Shown piece by piece: positions 1 to 12,443 of a stretch of 64,000 nt of DNA (positions within the stretch are counted from its first letter, which is position 1; each line of letters starts with the position of its first letter). This DNA is from an uncultured bacterium (GTDB taxonomy: Bacteria; Desulfobacterota_D; UBA1144; Nemesobacterales; UBA2774), in NCBI GenBank assembly GCA_963705505.1, contig CAVPJU010000010.1:160001-224000 (forward strand), in the 5' to 3' direction. The position numbers and the translations under genes were made by a program. A model generated the notes under the pieces. It made no database searches. It was not told where the DNA came from and saw only the letters and a program-made list of their open reading frames with translations.

Positions 1-162
1 CTGACTGAGCCCCGAGGGGAAGGCGGATTCGGATACGACCCGGTTTTCTATCTTCCGGAATTCGGCAAGACCATGGCGGAAATCCCACCCACGCTCAAAA
101 ACAGGATAAGCCACAGGGCCCGCGCCGCGGAGTCCCTGATCGGACGCCTGCGGGAAATATAG
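1..162 (+). CDS. rdgB: Non-canonical purine NTP pyrophosphatase (RdgB/HAM1), 3' end only
   Basis: Manual frame-1 translation [42 protein letters not shown]..., with the HAM1 motifs GFGYDPxF and SHR; TAG at 160-162. Not in the ORF track because it is truncated by the window edge. Confidence 0.93.
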   Translation: MTEPRGEGGFGYDPVFYLPEFGKTMAEIPPTLKNRISHRARAAESLIGRLREI

Positions 163-203
163 GGTTAATGCTTCTTAGCCGGTATTACCTTTCACCGGGC
201 CGC

Positions 204-983
204 TCATTCAATGCTTTTGATACCCGTGAATACGGCTATCGGGAAAGTGAAGATCAATCTGTCATTTTCGCGACGGGCGTTAATTCCTAAATTATTAACA
301 CCTATATCGGAATTGATCATATCCAGGATTTTTTCCCTATCTGAAGAGGTGTGGGACGATGCGTCGAGCAATGATTCCACTTCCGTATGTAGTCCGTAGC
401 CGCTCCTTTTGAGACCCGTTAGCCCCGAAAGACCGAACATTCCGGCAAATTCCGATTCCGTCAGCGCGTGCACGTGAGAGTCGTCCCGCAATTTCTCCAT
501 GCGGTCGTACTCGCCCGAGTGTTCCTCCCTCACGCAGACATCCGCAACCAGAACCCGCCCGCCGGGACTGCAGACGCGTATCATCTCCCGGAGAGCCTTC
601 GCTGGTTCAAGGAAATGGTGGAAGCTGTAACGGGTAATGACGAGCGAGAAAGCACCGTCCTCAAAGGGAAGGGGATTCGCGTTCCCGCAAACCCACTCCA
701 CGTTCCCGAGGTTCTTCTGCTTCTGGAGACCCCGCGCCTTCTCGATCATCGCTTCCGTAATGTCTATACCAGTTACGTGAGAGGCGTGCCGGGCGAATTC
801 GCAGGCGACGAGCCCCGGCCCGCACGCCACGTCGAGGACCGTGTCACCGTTATGCACTCCGGACATCTCCACAAGCATATCCATCGCGTCCATATGAATA
901 TCTAATTCGGCGAACGGAATCGCCTGTTTTGAGAACTGGTCTACGATCTTCGACAGATGGCGTTTCTCTATATCGCCGCTCAT
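204..983 (-). CDS. Class I SAM-dependent methyltransferase (UbiE/Methyltransf_11-like)
   Basis: Motif I VLDVACGPG, acidic GIDIT, LPFEDGAFSLV and SFHHF...LREMIRVCSPGG. Confidence 0.88.
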   Translation of the reverse strand: MSGDIEKRHLSKIVDQFSKQAIPFAELDIHMDAMDMLVEMSGVHNGDTVLDVACGPGLVACEFARHASHVTGIDITEAMIEKARGLQKQKNLGNVEWVCGNANPLPFEDGAFSLVITRYSFHHFLEPAKALREMIRVCSPGGRVLVADVCVREEHSGEYDRMEKLRDDSHVHALTESEFAGMFGLSGLTGLKRSGYGLHTEVESLLDASSHTSSDREKILDMINSDIGVNNLGINARRENDRLIFTFPIAVFTGIKSIE

Positions 984-1238
984 GTATTCCTCCCACCCGG
1001 TTTAACCTACATGCAGACACGATATTGTAAACAGCTGATTTTGAAAGATCGGGCTATCTATATTCGTTATGAAAATCGGAAATTGCCACATAAATTGCTG
1101 CCCGTTACTGTACTTATAATCGCTAAAAAAATTTGTATTCCAGGGTCTTGCAAGATTTCTCTCTTTTGAATATATTAATAAAGACCTAGACGGTCCCGCC
1201 TTAATTTTTTCGAAATCGCTCTCTGAGGTCAATATTAG

Positions 1239-3220
<1,982 letters not shown>

Positions 3221-3322
3221 CCGTTATCTATAGTTGTCCCGCTCGCCGGTTAATGTACCCCCGATATTGAATTTTCCCCGGATTTTTGTAATACTCACCC
3301 GCTTAATTAGAATACTAGCACC

Positions 3323-5332
3323 ATGACCCCATCGAGATTCCCCACGCAAAACGAGGTAGTCCTGTTCAGAAAACGCAAGGAGCCTTCGCTCGGCATATTC
3401 GTCCGTGCACTCGGCGACAAGTTCACATTATTTTCGGAAGAGGGCAGGGAGATTGAGGTCGACCCCGACAAGGTCGCTTTCGTGAGCGGCACAAGGATCG
3501 AAGGCGAATTCACGGCTTCGGAAAAAAAGCTCAGGCTCAGGGACTTGAGGAGAGACCTCGACGAAGAAAAACAGAATATAGACCTCTTGACAATATGGGA
3601 GTGCTACGAAGGGGGTGAGGAAGAGGTGCCGTTCGGCGAGCTCTCGGCGCTCTATTTCGGCGAAAAAGGCGTTTCCGACCGGGAGAAGCTCGCTCTATTC
3701 TGGGCCGTGGACAAGGACGATGTCTATTTCAGAAGGGGAGAAGAGGGATACTCGCCGAGGACATCCGAGGAAGCCAAGGAGATAATCAAAAAGAAGGAAG
3801 CCGAAGAGAAGAGGAAAGAGGAGCGTGAAAATGCGCTCTATTGGGCAAAAGGGGTGCTCGCCGGAAAAGCGCCCGCAGCCGGGGAAGTTAAGGAGACCGC
3901 TCCGGTGATAGAGCTCCTGAGAGGCTATATTACATACCTCGATAAATTCAGCCGCTCTCCGGAGGCGAAATCGTTCCTGTCCGAGATAGGCATAAAGGAT
4001 GTCGAAGGCGCAATCGAGTTCCTCATGAAAGCGGGAGCCTGGGGTGAGGATGAAGACCCGATACTGAAGAGGTTCTCGATACGAGACGATTTCCCCGAAG
4101 GGGTGGAGGTCGAGACCGATGCCATGATCGCGGAAAAACTGTCCTCGGAAGGTTATGAGGATTTGACACACCTGGAAATATTCTCGATCGATGATGAAAA
4201 TACGGAAGATATAGACGACGCAATATCCGTAACGGAGACCCCCGAAGGCACGGAGGTGGGAATACATATCTCGAACGTCGCAGCCGTCGTGCCCAAATGG
4301 AGCGAATCGGACGACGAGGCCGGGAGGCGCGGCGAGACGATATATCTTCCTGAAAAGCGGATACACATGTTCCCCCCCCGCCTCATAAAAGAGAAGCTGA
4401 GCCTCGTCGAGGGCAAAGAGCGCGCCTCGCTCTCGCTACTCCTGCTGTTCGGCGAAGATAACAACATCAAAAGCCAGAGATTCACGAACTCGATCATAAG
4501 GGTGAGGAAAAATATGAGCTACACCCAGGGGAGCGATTTCTTCCTTAACGACCGGGGAGGGATGAGGCTGAGAGAGATAGCGCAGAGGCTCAGGAATAAA
4601 AGACTCGAAGCGGGCGCGCTCATAGTCCAGCTCCCCCAATTGAAAATCAGGGTAAACGGGGAAGGGCGGATCAAAATAGAGAAGAATTACATGAACTCCG
4701 TAGCCCATGTCGTCGTAGCCGAGATGATGATACTCATGAACAGGATGGCCGGGAGGTTCCTCAAAGAAAGGAGGTCCCCGGGAATCTACCGTTCCCAGCC
4801 CGAGCCCGTCCCTGATGACGCGAGGTCGCTCGATGAGAATGACCCGCTTTACCCGGTGCGCATAATCAGGTTTCTGAGGGCGCCCAGGGTGGGGCTCAGC
4901 CCCGAGCCGCATCAATCCCTGGGACTCGACGTCTATACGCAGGTTACGTCCCCGATAAGGAGATACCCTGACCTCATCATGCAGAGGCAGATAGTCTCAG
5001 AGCTCGTCAACGGGGAGGCCGCTTATTCCGAGGAGGAGCTCGAGAACCTATATCCCAGGATCGAGGTTGGGATACGCGACAAGAGGACCGTAGAGAAGCA
5101 GAGGGAGAGATACTGGATCTATAAGCACCTGAGGTCGCTCGAAGGGACTCGGATAGATGGGGTCATAAGCTCCCTCACCGACACGAGGGCGAATATATAC
5201 CTGCCCGACTACCTCTTCGAAGCCTCCGTTAGCCTGGGCTCGGATAAGATCCGGGAAGAAGGGGGGGCAATAAAGCTCTTTATCCGGAAGGTAGACCCAC
5301 TCAGAAAAATACTTACTTTAACACCGGCTTAA
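3323..5332 (+). CDS. RNB-domain exoribonuclease (RNase II/R family)
   Basis: Catalytic SIDDENTEDIDDAIS, ETIYLP, VAEMMILMN and YTQVTSPIRRYPDL motifs; C-terminal S1-like region. Confidence 0.93.
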   Translation: MTPSRFPTQNEVVLFRKRKEPSLGIFVRALGDKFTLFSEEGREIEVDPDKVAFVSGTRIEGEFTASEKKLRLRDLRRDLDEEKQNIDLLTIWECYEGGEEEVPFGELSALYFGEKGVSDREKLALFWAVDKDDVYFRRGEEGYSPRTSEEAKEIIKKKEAEEKRKEERENALYWAKGVLAGKAPAAGEVKETAPVIELLRGYITYLDKFSRSPEAKSFLSEIGIKDVEGAIEFLMKAGAWGEDEDPILKRFSIRDDFPEGVEVETDAMIAEKLSSEGYEDLTHLEIFSIDDENTEDIDDAISVTETPEGTEVGIHISNVAAVVPKWSESDDEAGRRGETIYLPEKRIHMFPPRLIKEKLSLVEGKERASLSLLLLFGEDNNIKSQRFTNSIIRVRKNMSYTQGSDFFLNDRGGMRLREIAQRLRNKRLEAGALIVQLPQLKIRVNGEGRIKIEKNYMNSVAHVVVAEMMILMNRMAGRFLKERRSPGIYRSQPEPVPDDARSLDENDPLYPVRIIRFLRAPRVGLSPEPHQSLGLDVYTQVTSPIRRYPDLIMQRQIVSELVNGEAAYSEEELENLYPRIEVGIRDKRTVEKQRERYWIYKHLRSLEGTRIDGVISSLTDTRANIYLPDYLFEASVSLGSDKIREEGGAIKLFIRKVDPLRKILTLTPA

Positions 5333-5368
5333 TAAGAAAAGAATATGAAGCATTACTTTAAGTTAATT

Positions 5369-6802
5369 TCAGCGGTTCTCGCCGCTCTTTGCAGCCTTGT
5401 CCTTAGCCTTTAGGGCCTCGAGCATCTCTTCTACGCTCGTATATTTGACCCTCGGCCTCCCGTGCGCTTTCCCCATCTCGACCTCAAGCTCGTTAAGCCT
5501 GAGCCAGTCCCCGTATGTGACGTACCGGGGCTCGGCCCCCCTTATGAACCTCTCGACACTCTCGGCGTCAGGGCTCTCCGGGTCGTTTATGCGGCCGCTC
5601 TTCACGTCCTCGACAATGCACCCGACGGTCTCCCCGGAGTCCTGCTTATTCGTGCCTATCACCCCCGTAGGCCCCCTCTTTATCCAGCCGGTGGCATAGA
5701 GACCCGTAACATGCTCAGCCGTCGCGGGATCGATGACGCGCCCCTTCTCGTTCTGTATAACCCCCCACCTCTCGTGGAAGGGCACACCCGGAAGCGGCAC
5801 ACCCTGATACCCTATAGACCTGAACACGAGCCCTGCCTTGAGCTCCTCATGCTCCCCTGTCGGCCTCGAGCGTATGCTCCCGTCCTCCGCCCTGTAAAGC
5901 TCGTTCCTCGCGAGCTTTACCCCCGAGACGCAGCCGTGCTCGTCCCCCAGTATCTCAACGGGTGATACGAGGAATCTGATGTGGAGCCTCTTATTCTTCG
6001 TGTGGGTTTTCGGGTCGGAAAACGATTTCAGAATTTCGAGCTTGTTTATCGCCGTCTGGTCCTTGTTCGTCCCGATCGCTTCGAGCGTGAACTCGTCGTG
6101 CTCGACCTCGTGGGGGAGAGTGACCGCATGGGCGTCCGCGAGCTTGCCGAGCTCCCTCACCTCGGGGTTAGTGAACGCGGCCTGAAGAGGGCCCCTCCTG
6201 CCGAGGAGGTAGACGTCACGCACCCGGCTCTTGGCGAGCGCTTCGAGAGCATAATCCGCAATGTCCGTTTCACTTAACTCCTTCGGCGTCCGGCAGAGTA
6301 TCCTGGCCACGTCTATAGCCACGTTGCCCACGCCTATGATAGCCACCCGCTCCTGCGTGAGGTCGAACTTTAAATGCCTGTAATCGGGGTGGCCGTTATA
6401 CCACGCGACGAACTCCGTCGCCGTGTGGCTCCCCTCGAGGTCTTCCCCGGGTATGCCCAGCCTTCTGTCCGTCTGCGCGCCCGTAGCGAATACTATCACG
6501 TGATAATGCCGTTTGAGGTCCTCGAGCGTAACGTGCTTTCCGAACTCCACGAGCCCGAAGAACCTGAACCCCGGGTGAGAGGCGATCTTGTCGTACACCT
6601 TCGTGACCGATTTGATTTTCTGGTGATCCGGGGCGACACCCGACCTTACAAGTCCGTGCGGGGTGGGGAGCCTGTCGAACATATCCACTTCGAATTGGCA
6701 TTCGCCCTGCTTCAGCATGTGCTCCGCCGTATAAAAGCCCGCGGGGCCCGAGCCTATAATGGCGGCCCTGATTACTCTCTTCTTGTCCTGGTTCATTTCC
6801 AT
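5369..6802 (-). CDS. Ferredoxin--NADP+ reductase, adrenodoxin-reductase/FprA type
   Basis: GSGPAGFY, GLVRSGVAPDH, FVAWYNGHP, GVGNVAIDVARIL, GRRGPLQAAFT and GWIKRGPTGVIGTN. Confidence 0.92.
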   Translation of the reverse strand: MEMNQDKKRVIRAAIIGSGPAGFYTAEHMLKQGECQFEVDMFDRLPTPHGLVRSGVAPDHQKIKSVTKVYDKIASHPGFRFFGLVEFGKHVTLEDLKRHYHVIVFATGAQTDRRLGIPGEDLEGSHTATEFVAWYNGHPDYRHLKFDLTQERVAIIGVGNVAIDVARILCRTPKELSETDIADYALEALAKSRVRDVYLLGRRGPLQAAFTNPEVRELGKLADAHAVTLPHEVEHDEFTLEAIGTNKDQTAINKLEILKSFSDPKTHTKNKRLHIRFLVSPVEILGDEHGCVSGVKLARNELYRAEDGSIRSRPTGEHEELKAGLVFRSIGYQGVPLPGVPFHERWGVIQNEKGRVIDPATAEHVTGLYATGWIKRGPTGVIGTNKQDSGETVGCIVEDVKSGRINDPESPDAESVERFIRGAEPRYVTYGDWLRLNELEVEMGKAHGRPRVKYTSVEEMLEALKAKDKAAKSGENR

Positions 6803-7147
6803 TATCTATGTCCTTATGTCGTTTGTATCCGGATTCACTTGCGAGGTTTCGGCGCGGCTCTGATTTCTTATTGACCCATTCGTTATCGGAAGTATATTTT
6901 TAGTCAGAAATTATGCATCCGGGTTTTTAACGAGTATTATAAATGAGGCAATAAATATACCAAAAAATCCCGCCCGGTGTATTTATTACAAAAAAACTTG
7001 TGTCAGCAAGCCGTTTAATTGCATGAGGCGCTTCCTGTTCGATGCTGCAATCAATAATTTTCGGTTAATTATATTACCGAATGCGGCTTTTAGTTGCATA
7101 ATAAATGATCGGGTGACTAATATGAATTACCGGGTCGGGGTTCTCAT

Positions 7148-9451
7148 ATGATTACCAAGAAGACAATAGACAGAGCCGATTTTCATCTGAAGATCGTCCA
7201 GGAAATAAGCGACCTGGTAAATAAATCCACGGGTCTCAACACCATTCTGAAAAAAGTGGTGAACAAGATAGCGGGCTCGCTCCATTTCGATGTGGTTTCC
7301 GTCTACATATGGGACAGGGATAAAAACGTGCTGTCGCTGCGGTCCACAAAAGGGCTTAACGTGGATCCGCTGCGGCACCCCATCACGCTGAGCCCTGATG
7401 AGGGTCTTACGGGGCTCGTATTCGAGACATCGAGACCCATAACCGTGATGCCCGCGTCCGAGCACCCCCGGTACAGGTATTTCCCGGAGATAGGCGAGGA
7501 GGAATACGAGAGCTACATAGGCGTCCCCATAATACTCCAGAATAAATGCATCGGGGTGCTGGTCGGCCAGACGAAGGACAAGAGGCTGATTAACCCCGCC
7601 GAGGAGACCCTGTTTCAGATAATCGCGTCGAGACTCGCCGGGCTCCTCGAAGTGGCCGACAGACTCGAGCGCCTGAAAACGCCGTCGATCGTCAAGCACG
7701 AGACGAGGACGTATCAGGGAAAGGGCGTATCCACGGGCGTCGCGATAGGGAACGTCTTCATATTCCGGGGGCTCTTCCAGCAGATGGGCGCCGGCAAGCT
7801 CACGCCGTCCAGTCCCAAGATAGAAAAAGAAAGGCTCAAGAAGGCGCTCGGGGAAGTCGAGGAAGACCTCCGCGACCTCATAAAAACCCTCGATTCCGAG
7901 GCGCTTTTATCTAAAGCCGAAATCGATATATTCAGGGCTCACCTGATGATACTCCAGGGCTCGACCCTCCGTAACGCGCTTTCCCAGAAGCTCAAGGATA
8001 AGAACATTCCCGCCGAGCTTGCGGTCATAGAGGGGATAGAAGCTATAGCGCAGCAGTTCGAGAGCCTGAGCGACAAGTATCTGCGGGAAAAGGCGCAGGA
8101 CTTCCGTGACATAGGCGAGAGGATCCTGCAGGACCTCGTCAAGCTCAAGAAAGGGCCGAGCGTCACGACAGAGCCCCGTGAGGGCTCGGTGCTCGTCGCA
8201 TACGACATAGGGCCGTCCTTCATATCGATGCTGTTTAAGAACAAGGTATCCGCGGTGGTGATAGAGAGGGGCGGAGAGACGTCCCACGCGGTCATCATAG
8301 CCAAGTCCCTCGGCATACCCGCGGTAGTGGGCATAGACAACATATGCAGCCTGCTTAAATCGGGCGAGAAGGTCATCGTCGACGGCAAGACCGGGTTCAT
8401 ATTTTCAAACCCCGACGAAAGCCTCATCGCAGAGTATCAGAACACCTACATCAAGCTCATGAAGGTGAGGGAGGTCATAGAGGAGGCGGGGAAAGAGAAT
8501 ACCGACAACAACGGACTCGGCGTAAAGATAACAGCGAACATCGGCTTCCCGATCGATGTACAGCTCGCGAAGCATTACGGCATAAAGGACGTGGGCCTCT
8601 TCCGCACGGAATTCGCCTTCAGCCAGTACTCCAAATGGCCGGGGGTAAAGGAGCAGGTGAGGATATACAACGACCTCGCGAAGGACTTCGAGGGATACGT
8701 CACGGTGAGGACGCTCGACATAGGCGGCGACAAGCTCCTCCCCTATTTCGAGTTCCCCAAGGAGGACAACCCGCTGCTGGGGCTCCGCGCTATACGGTTC
8801 TCGATGGAGTACCTCGACTTTTTCAAAGACCAGATAAAGGCGATACTCCTCGCGTTGAAGAGGGGGTACCGCTTCAGGATACTCCTGCCGATGATAACGA
8901 ACCTCTGGGAGGTGGAGACGGCGAAGGAGATAATAGAGCAGATGGCAGGCGAGACGGGCTTGTCCTCATCCGACATACCGCCGTTAGGCATAATGATGGA
9001 AGTGCCCGCCATCCTCTATCAGCTGGACGACTACAAGGACATGATAGATTTCATATCCGTTGGCACGAACGACCTCATTCAGTACATCCTCGCCGTGGAC
9101 AGGAACTCGAACGTGGTCGGGCACCTGTACTCCGGGTTCCACCCCGCAGTGCTCCGGGTGCTCGACGATATATATTACAAAACCAGACATTCGGGAATGG
9201 ACGTGTCCGTGTGCGGGGAGCTCGCCGGTACGCCATCCGGCGCGCTCGGCCTGATAGCGCTCGGGTACAAGCAGCTCAGCATTTCCCCCTCTCACGTCCC
9301 GTATATCAGGTTTCTCTGCAAGAAGGTGGACAAGTACATGCTCGGGACGGTCAGGCGGGACATCCTGAACATAAAGAAAAAGACGGACATAGAAAGGTAC
9401 CTGATCGAGGCTCTCGAGACCGTCGACCCCGCGCTCATTGAGATCGAATAG
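7148..9451 (+). CDS. ptsP: GAF-domain phosphoenolpyruvate-protein phosphotransferase (enzyme I-Ntr type)
   Basis: N-terminal GAF domain (EGLTGLV...HPRYRYFPEIGEE), phospho-His GGETSHAVIIAKSLGIP, GLFRTEF, SVGTNDLIQY and CGELA. Confidence 0.93.
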   Translation: MITKKTIDRADFHLKIVQEISDLVNKSTGLNTILKKVVNKIAGSLHFDVVSVYIWDRDKNVLSLRSTKGLNVDPLRHPITLSPDEGLTGLVFETSRPITVMPASEHPRYRYFPEIGEEEYESYIGVPIILQNKCIGVLVGQTKDKRLINPAEETLFQIIASRLAGLLEVADRLERLKTPSIVKHETRTYQGKGVSTGVAIGNVFIFRGLFQQMGAGKLTPSSPKIEKERLKKALGEVEEDLRDLIKTLDSEALLSKAEIDIFRAHLMILQGSTLRNALSQKLKDKNIPAELAVIEGIEAIAQQFESLSDKYLREKAQDFRDIGERILQDLVKLKKGPSVTTEPREGSVLVAYDIGPSFISMLFKNKVSAVVIERGGETSHAVIIAKSLGIPAVVGIDNICSLLKSGEKVIVDGKTGFIFSNPDESLIAEYQNTYIKLMKVREVIEEAGKENTDNNGLGVKITANIGFPIDVQLAKHYGIKDVGLFRTEFAFSQYSKWPGVKEQVRIYNDLAKDFEGYVTVRTLDIGGDKLLPYFEFPKEDNPLLGLRAIRFSMEYLDFFKDQIKAILLALKRGYRFRILLPMITNLWEVETAKEIIEQMAGETGLSSSDIPPLGIMMEVPAILYQLDDYKDMIDFISVGTNDLIQYILAVDRNSNVVGHLYSGFHPAVLRVLDDIYYKTRHSGMDVSVCGELAGTPSGALGLIALGYKQLSISPSHVPYIRFLCKKVDKYMLGTVRRDILNIKKKTDIERYLIEALETVDPALIEIE

Positions 9452-9512
9452 ATGAGCCGGCTCAAACTGACACTTTCAATTTCCGTTTACTGAGGTATTT
9501 TTTCTCCCTGCT

Positions 9513-10418
9513 ATGAAAATCGGAAAGATACATATAATCCTTTTCGTACTTACCGTGTTTACCACTTTCGCCACGGGCCTCTCGTTCGGGGGCACGATAC
9601 TGAGCGCGCTTGCGTTCTCGGGGGCGCTTCTGTTCATACTCGGGTCTCATGAGATGGGGCACTACTTTTACGGGAGGAAGTACGGCGTCGACATCACGCC
9701 CCCTTACTTCATCCCCGCGCCCCCGTTCATATCCCCCATAGGCACTTTCGGCGCGTTCATCAAGATAAAGTCGCCCATCTCGACAAAGAAAGCCCTTTTC
9801 GATATAGGCATCGCGGGCCCGCTCGCCGGCATAGTAGCCAGCATTCCGATACTGATAATAGGGATAAAGCTCTCGACAATCGTCGATGTGGCGAGCAAGC
9901 AGGGCGGGCAGGGGCTCATGCTCGGCTCACCCCTCATATTCACGTTCTTCTCAGGGATATTTTTCGGGAAAATACCCGAAGGCAAGGACCTCTTCCTCCA
10001 CCCCGTCGCTTTTGCAGGGTGGGTGGGGCTCTTCGTGACCGCCCTGAACCTCATACCCTCGGGGCAGCTGGACGGCGGTCATCTGGTCTATGCGCTCTTC
10101 TCGAAGAAGATACACAGGATAACGTCAGTCGTTATGATTGCGCTCCTCGTCGTCTTCGGCATAGGGACGGAGCCTCTATTCATGCTTTCCGAAAAGTACC
10201 TCGGGAGCGGCGCGTCGTCTTTTCTCAGCAGCCTGCCCGAATTCGAAGGGTGGCCCGGCTGGATACTCTGGGCCGTGCTGCTAACGCTCATGGGGACCAA
10301 GCACCCGCCCACTATACACGACGAAGGCGAGCTCGACAGCTCGAGGAAGCTCCTCGGCTTCATATCACTTCTCATATTCATAGGTTGTATTTCGCCCGTT
10401 CCGATCAGGCTCTCATAA
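9513..10418 (+). CDS. Site-2 protease family (peptidase M50) membrane metalloprotease
   Basis: HEMGH zinc motif, IAGPLAG and NLIPSGQLDGGH; several hydrophobic segments. Confidence 0.93.
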   Translation: MKIGKIHIILFVLTVFTTFATGLSFGGTILSALAFSGALLFILGSHEMGHYFYGRKYGVDITPPYFIPAPPFISPIGTFGAFIKIKSPISTKKALFDIGIAGPLAGIVASIPILIIGIKLSTIVDVASKQGGQGLMLGSPLIFTFFSGIFFGKIPEGKDLFLHPVAFAGWVGLFVTALNLIPSGQLDGGHLVYALFSKKIHRITSVVMIALLVVFGIGTEPLFMLSEKYLGSGASSFLSSLPEFEGWPGWILWAVLLTLMGTKHPPTIHDEGELDSSRKLLGFISLLIFIGCISPVPIRLS

Positions 10419-10651
10419 GGCTGTCGACGGGGAAAATAAGCGGCTCTCGGAGGGCTTTCCGGGACCTTTTTTCAGGACGGGATAAACTTTTATCGAAATT
10501 TTTTCGGAATATTGAAAAATTCCCGAGTTAAGGTAAGTTTAGTTGTCCGCAGAGACTCGCTTTTTGGACAAATATTCCTTGAAAAATTGATGTGGCTGTA
10601 AAGTAATAATAAAGAGCGTACAGGAAAGAGAGCGTACAAGGAGGAATTACC

Positions 10652-11956
10652 GTGGCAAAGGACACACTTAGCATAACGGACAATAGGACTGGTAAATCTT
10701 ACGAGATACCTATTGAGAACGATACCATCAGGGCAAACGACTTAAAACAGATAAAGGTTAAAGACGACGATTTCGGGATGATGAGCTATGACCCCGCTTT
10801 CGGCAATACGGCAGCCTGCATAAGCAAGGTTACGTTTATTGACGGCGACAAGGGTATTCTCCAGTACAGGGGCTATCCGATAGAGGAGCTGGCCGAGAAG
10901 AGCAATTTTCTCGAGGTCTCATACCTGCTCCTTCACGGTGAGCTGCCGACTAAAGCAGAATACGATCAGTGGGTTCACAACATTATCCATCACACGATAG
11001 TGCACGAAAATATAAAGAGGTTTATGGACGGCTTCCGCTATGACGCGCACCCGATGGGAATGCTCCTGGGTACTGTAGGGGCGCTTTCGACATTCTACCC
11101 CGAAGCGAAGGATATATTCAACAAGGAAGTCCGCGACATACAGGTGCACAGGCTTATCGCCAAGATGCCGACCATGGCGGCGTTCGCATACCGCCATCAC
11201 TTGGGTATGCCTTATGTCTATCCCGACAACGACCTCTCCTATACGGGGAATTTCCTCAACATGCTTTTTAAAATGACCGAGCTCAAATATAAGCCGAACC
11301 CGGCGATAGAAAGGGCTATAGACATATTGTTCATCCTCCACGCCGACCACGAGCAGAACTGCAGCGCGAGCGCCATGCGAAACGTCGGAAGCTCGCTTCC
11401 CGACCCGTATTCGGCGACTGCGGCGGCCATTGCCGCGCTCTACGGCCCCCTCCACGGAGGCGCCAACGAGGGCGTGCTCCAGATGCTCAAGGAGATAGGC
11501 TCCGTGAACAACATCCCCGAATACGTAAAGAAGGCCAAGACCGGCGAATTCAGGCTCATGGGCTTCGGACACCGCGTCTATAAGTCATACGACCCGAGGG
11601 CCAAGATAATAAAGGAAATCGCATACGACGTCTTCGAAGTCACCGGCAAGAACCCGCTCCTCGATATAGCGCTCGAGCTTGAGAAGATTGCGCTCGAAGA
11701 CGATTACTTCGTTAAGCGGAAACTCTACCCGAACGTGGACTTTTACTCCGGTCTCATATATCAGAGCATGGGGATACCGCTCGACATGTTCACAGTGCTT
11801 TTCGCTATCGGACGTACGCCGGGGTGGCTCGCTCAGTGGATCGAGCTGCTGGAAGACCCGGAGAGGAGGATCGCGCGTCCGAGGCAGATATATCTCGGCG
11901 AGATGGACCGCAAATACGTGCCCATCTCGGAAAGGGGCAAAAAGAAGAAGGCTTAA
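10652..11956 (+). CDS. gltA: Citrate synthase
   Basis: LQYRGYPIEEL, LHADHEQN, GPLHGGAN, MGFGHRVYK and YPNVDFYSG; AGGAGG before a GTG start. Confidence 0.99.
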   Translation: MAKDTLSITDNRTGKSYEIPIENDTIRANDLKQIKVKDDDFGMMSYDPAFGNTAACISKVTFIDGDKGILQYRGYPIEELAEKSNFLEVSYLLLHGELPTKAEYDQWVHNIIHHTIVHENIKRFMDGFRYDAHPMGMLLGTVGALSTFYPEAKDIFNKEVRDIQVHRLIAKMPTMAAFAYRHHLGMPYVYPDNDLSYTGNFLNMLFKMTELKYKPNPAIERAIDILFILHADHEQNCSASAMRNVGSSLPDPYSATAAAIAALYGPLHGGANEGVLQMLKEIGSVNNIPEYVKKAKTGEFRLMGFGHRVYKSYDPRAKIIKEIAYDVFEVTGKNPLLDIALELEKIALEDDYFVKRKLYPNVDFYSGLIYQSMGIPLDMFTVLFAIGRTPGWLAQWIELLEDPERRIARPRQIYLGEMDRKYVPISERGKKKKA

Positions 11957-11997
11957 TCGAGAGCGCAAAAGGGAAGGGCAACCGCGCCCCCTGTTTA

Positions 11998-12351
11998 TCA
12001 GGTGCTCGTGAAGTGCTTGCCTATAAGAGTCGTATGGTAATAATCGATCAAATGCTCAAGGGAGGCGATATAAATGCGTATCGCCTCTTTTACCGCCCCG
12101 TCCGTATCGTTATCAAGCCCGTGTAAAACCGACCCGAAAGCCGACGTGAAGGATTCTACAAGCTCGCGGCTGTCAACCTTCAGTATCCCCTCTATGAGGG
12201 CTTCGTCCTGGAGGTCGTACTTCTTGTCCTCTATCGCGCGCCTGAGCTCCGCCCTCACGATCTCTCCGCCAAGCCCGGGGAAGCTTTCGGTCGCGGAATC
12301 GAACAGTTTCACAAGTTCTTCAACGTACGTCACTATCCAAATATAACTCAA
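11998..12351 (-). CDS. Hypothetical protein (helical, 117 aa)
   Basis: Protein-like ORF filling the gap convergent with gltA; family not recognised; TTG start uncertain. Confidence 0.6.
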   Translation of the reverse strand: MSYIWIVTYVEELVKLFDSATESFPGLGGEIVRAELRRAIEDKKYDLQDEALIEGILKVDSRELVESFTSAFGSVLHGLDNDTDGAVKEAIRIYIASLEHLIDYYHTTLIGKHFTST

Positions 12352-12443
12352 TATTAGATTCGGGCAATTTTTGCCCCGTCTGAAAAACGGAATGAATAAT
12401 TTTCTTTCCTACAAGGCGGGCATACATTATCGCGGGAGCACCG

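Noticed and set aside
8635..9441. Long alternative-frame and antisense ORFs, such as this 268-aa ORF, 51994-53046 and 36696-37607
   Set aside because: They overlap well-supported genes, have Arg/Pro/Gly-rich or motif-free translations and are expected shadows of GC3-biased coding sequence.
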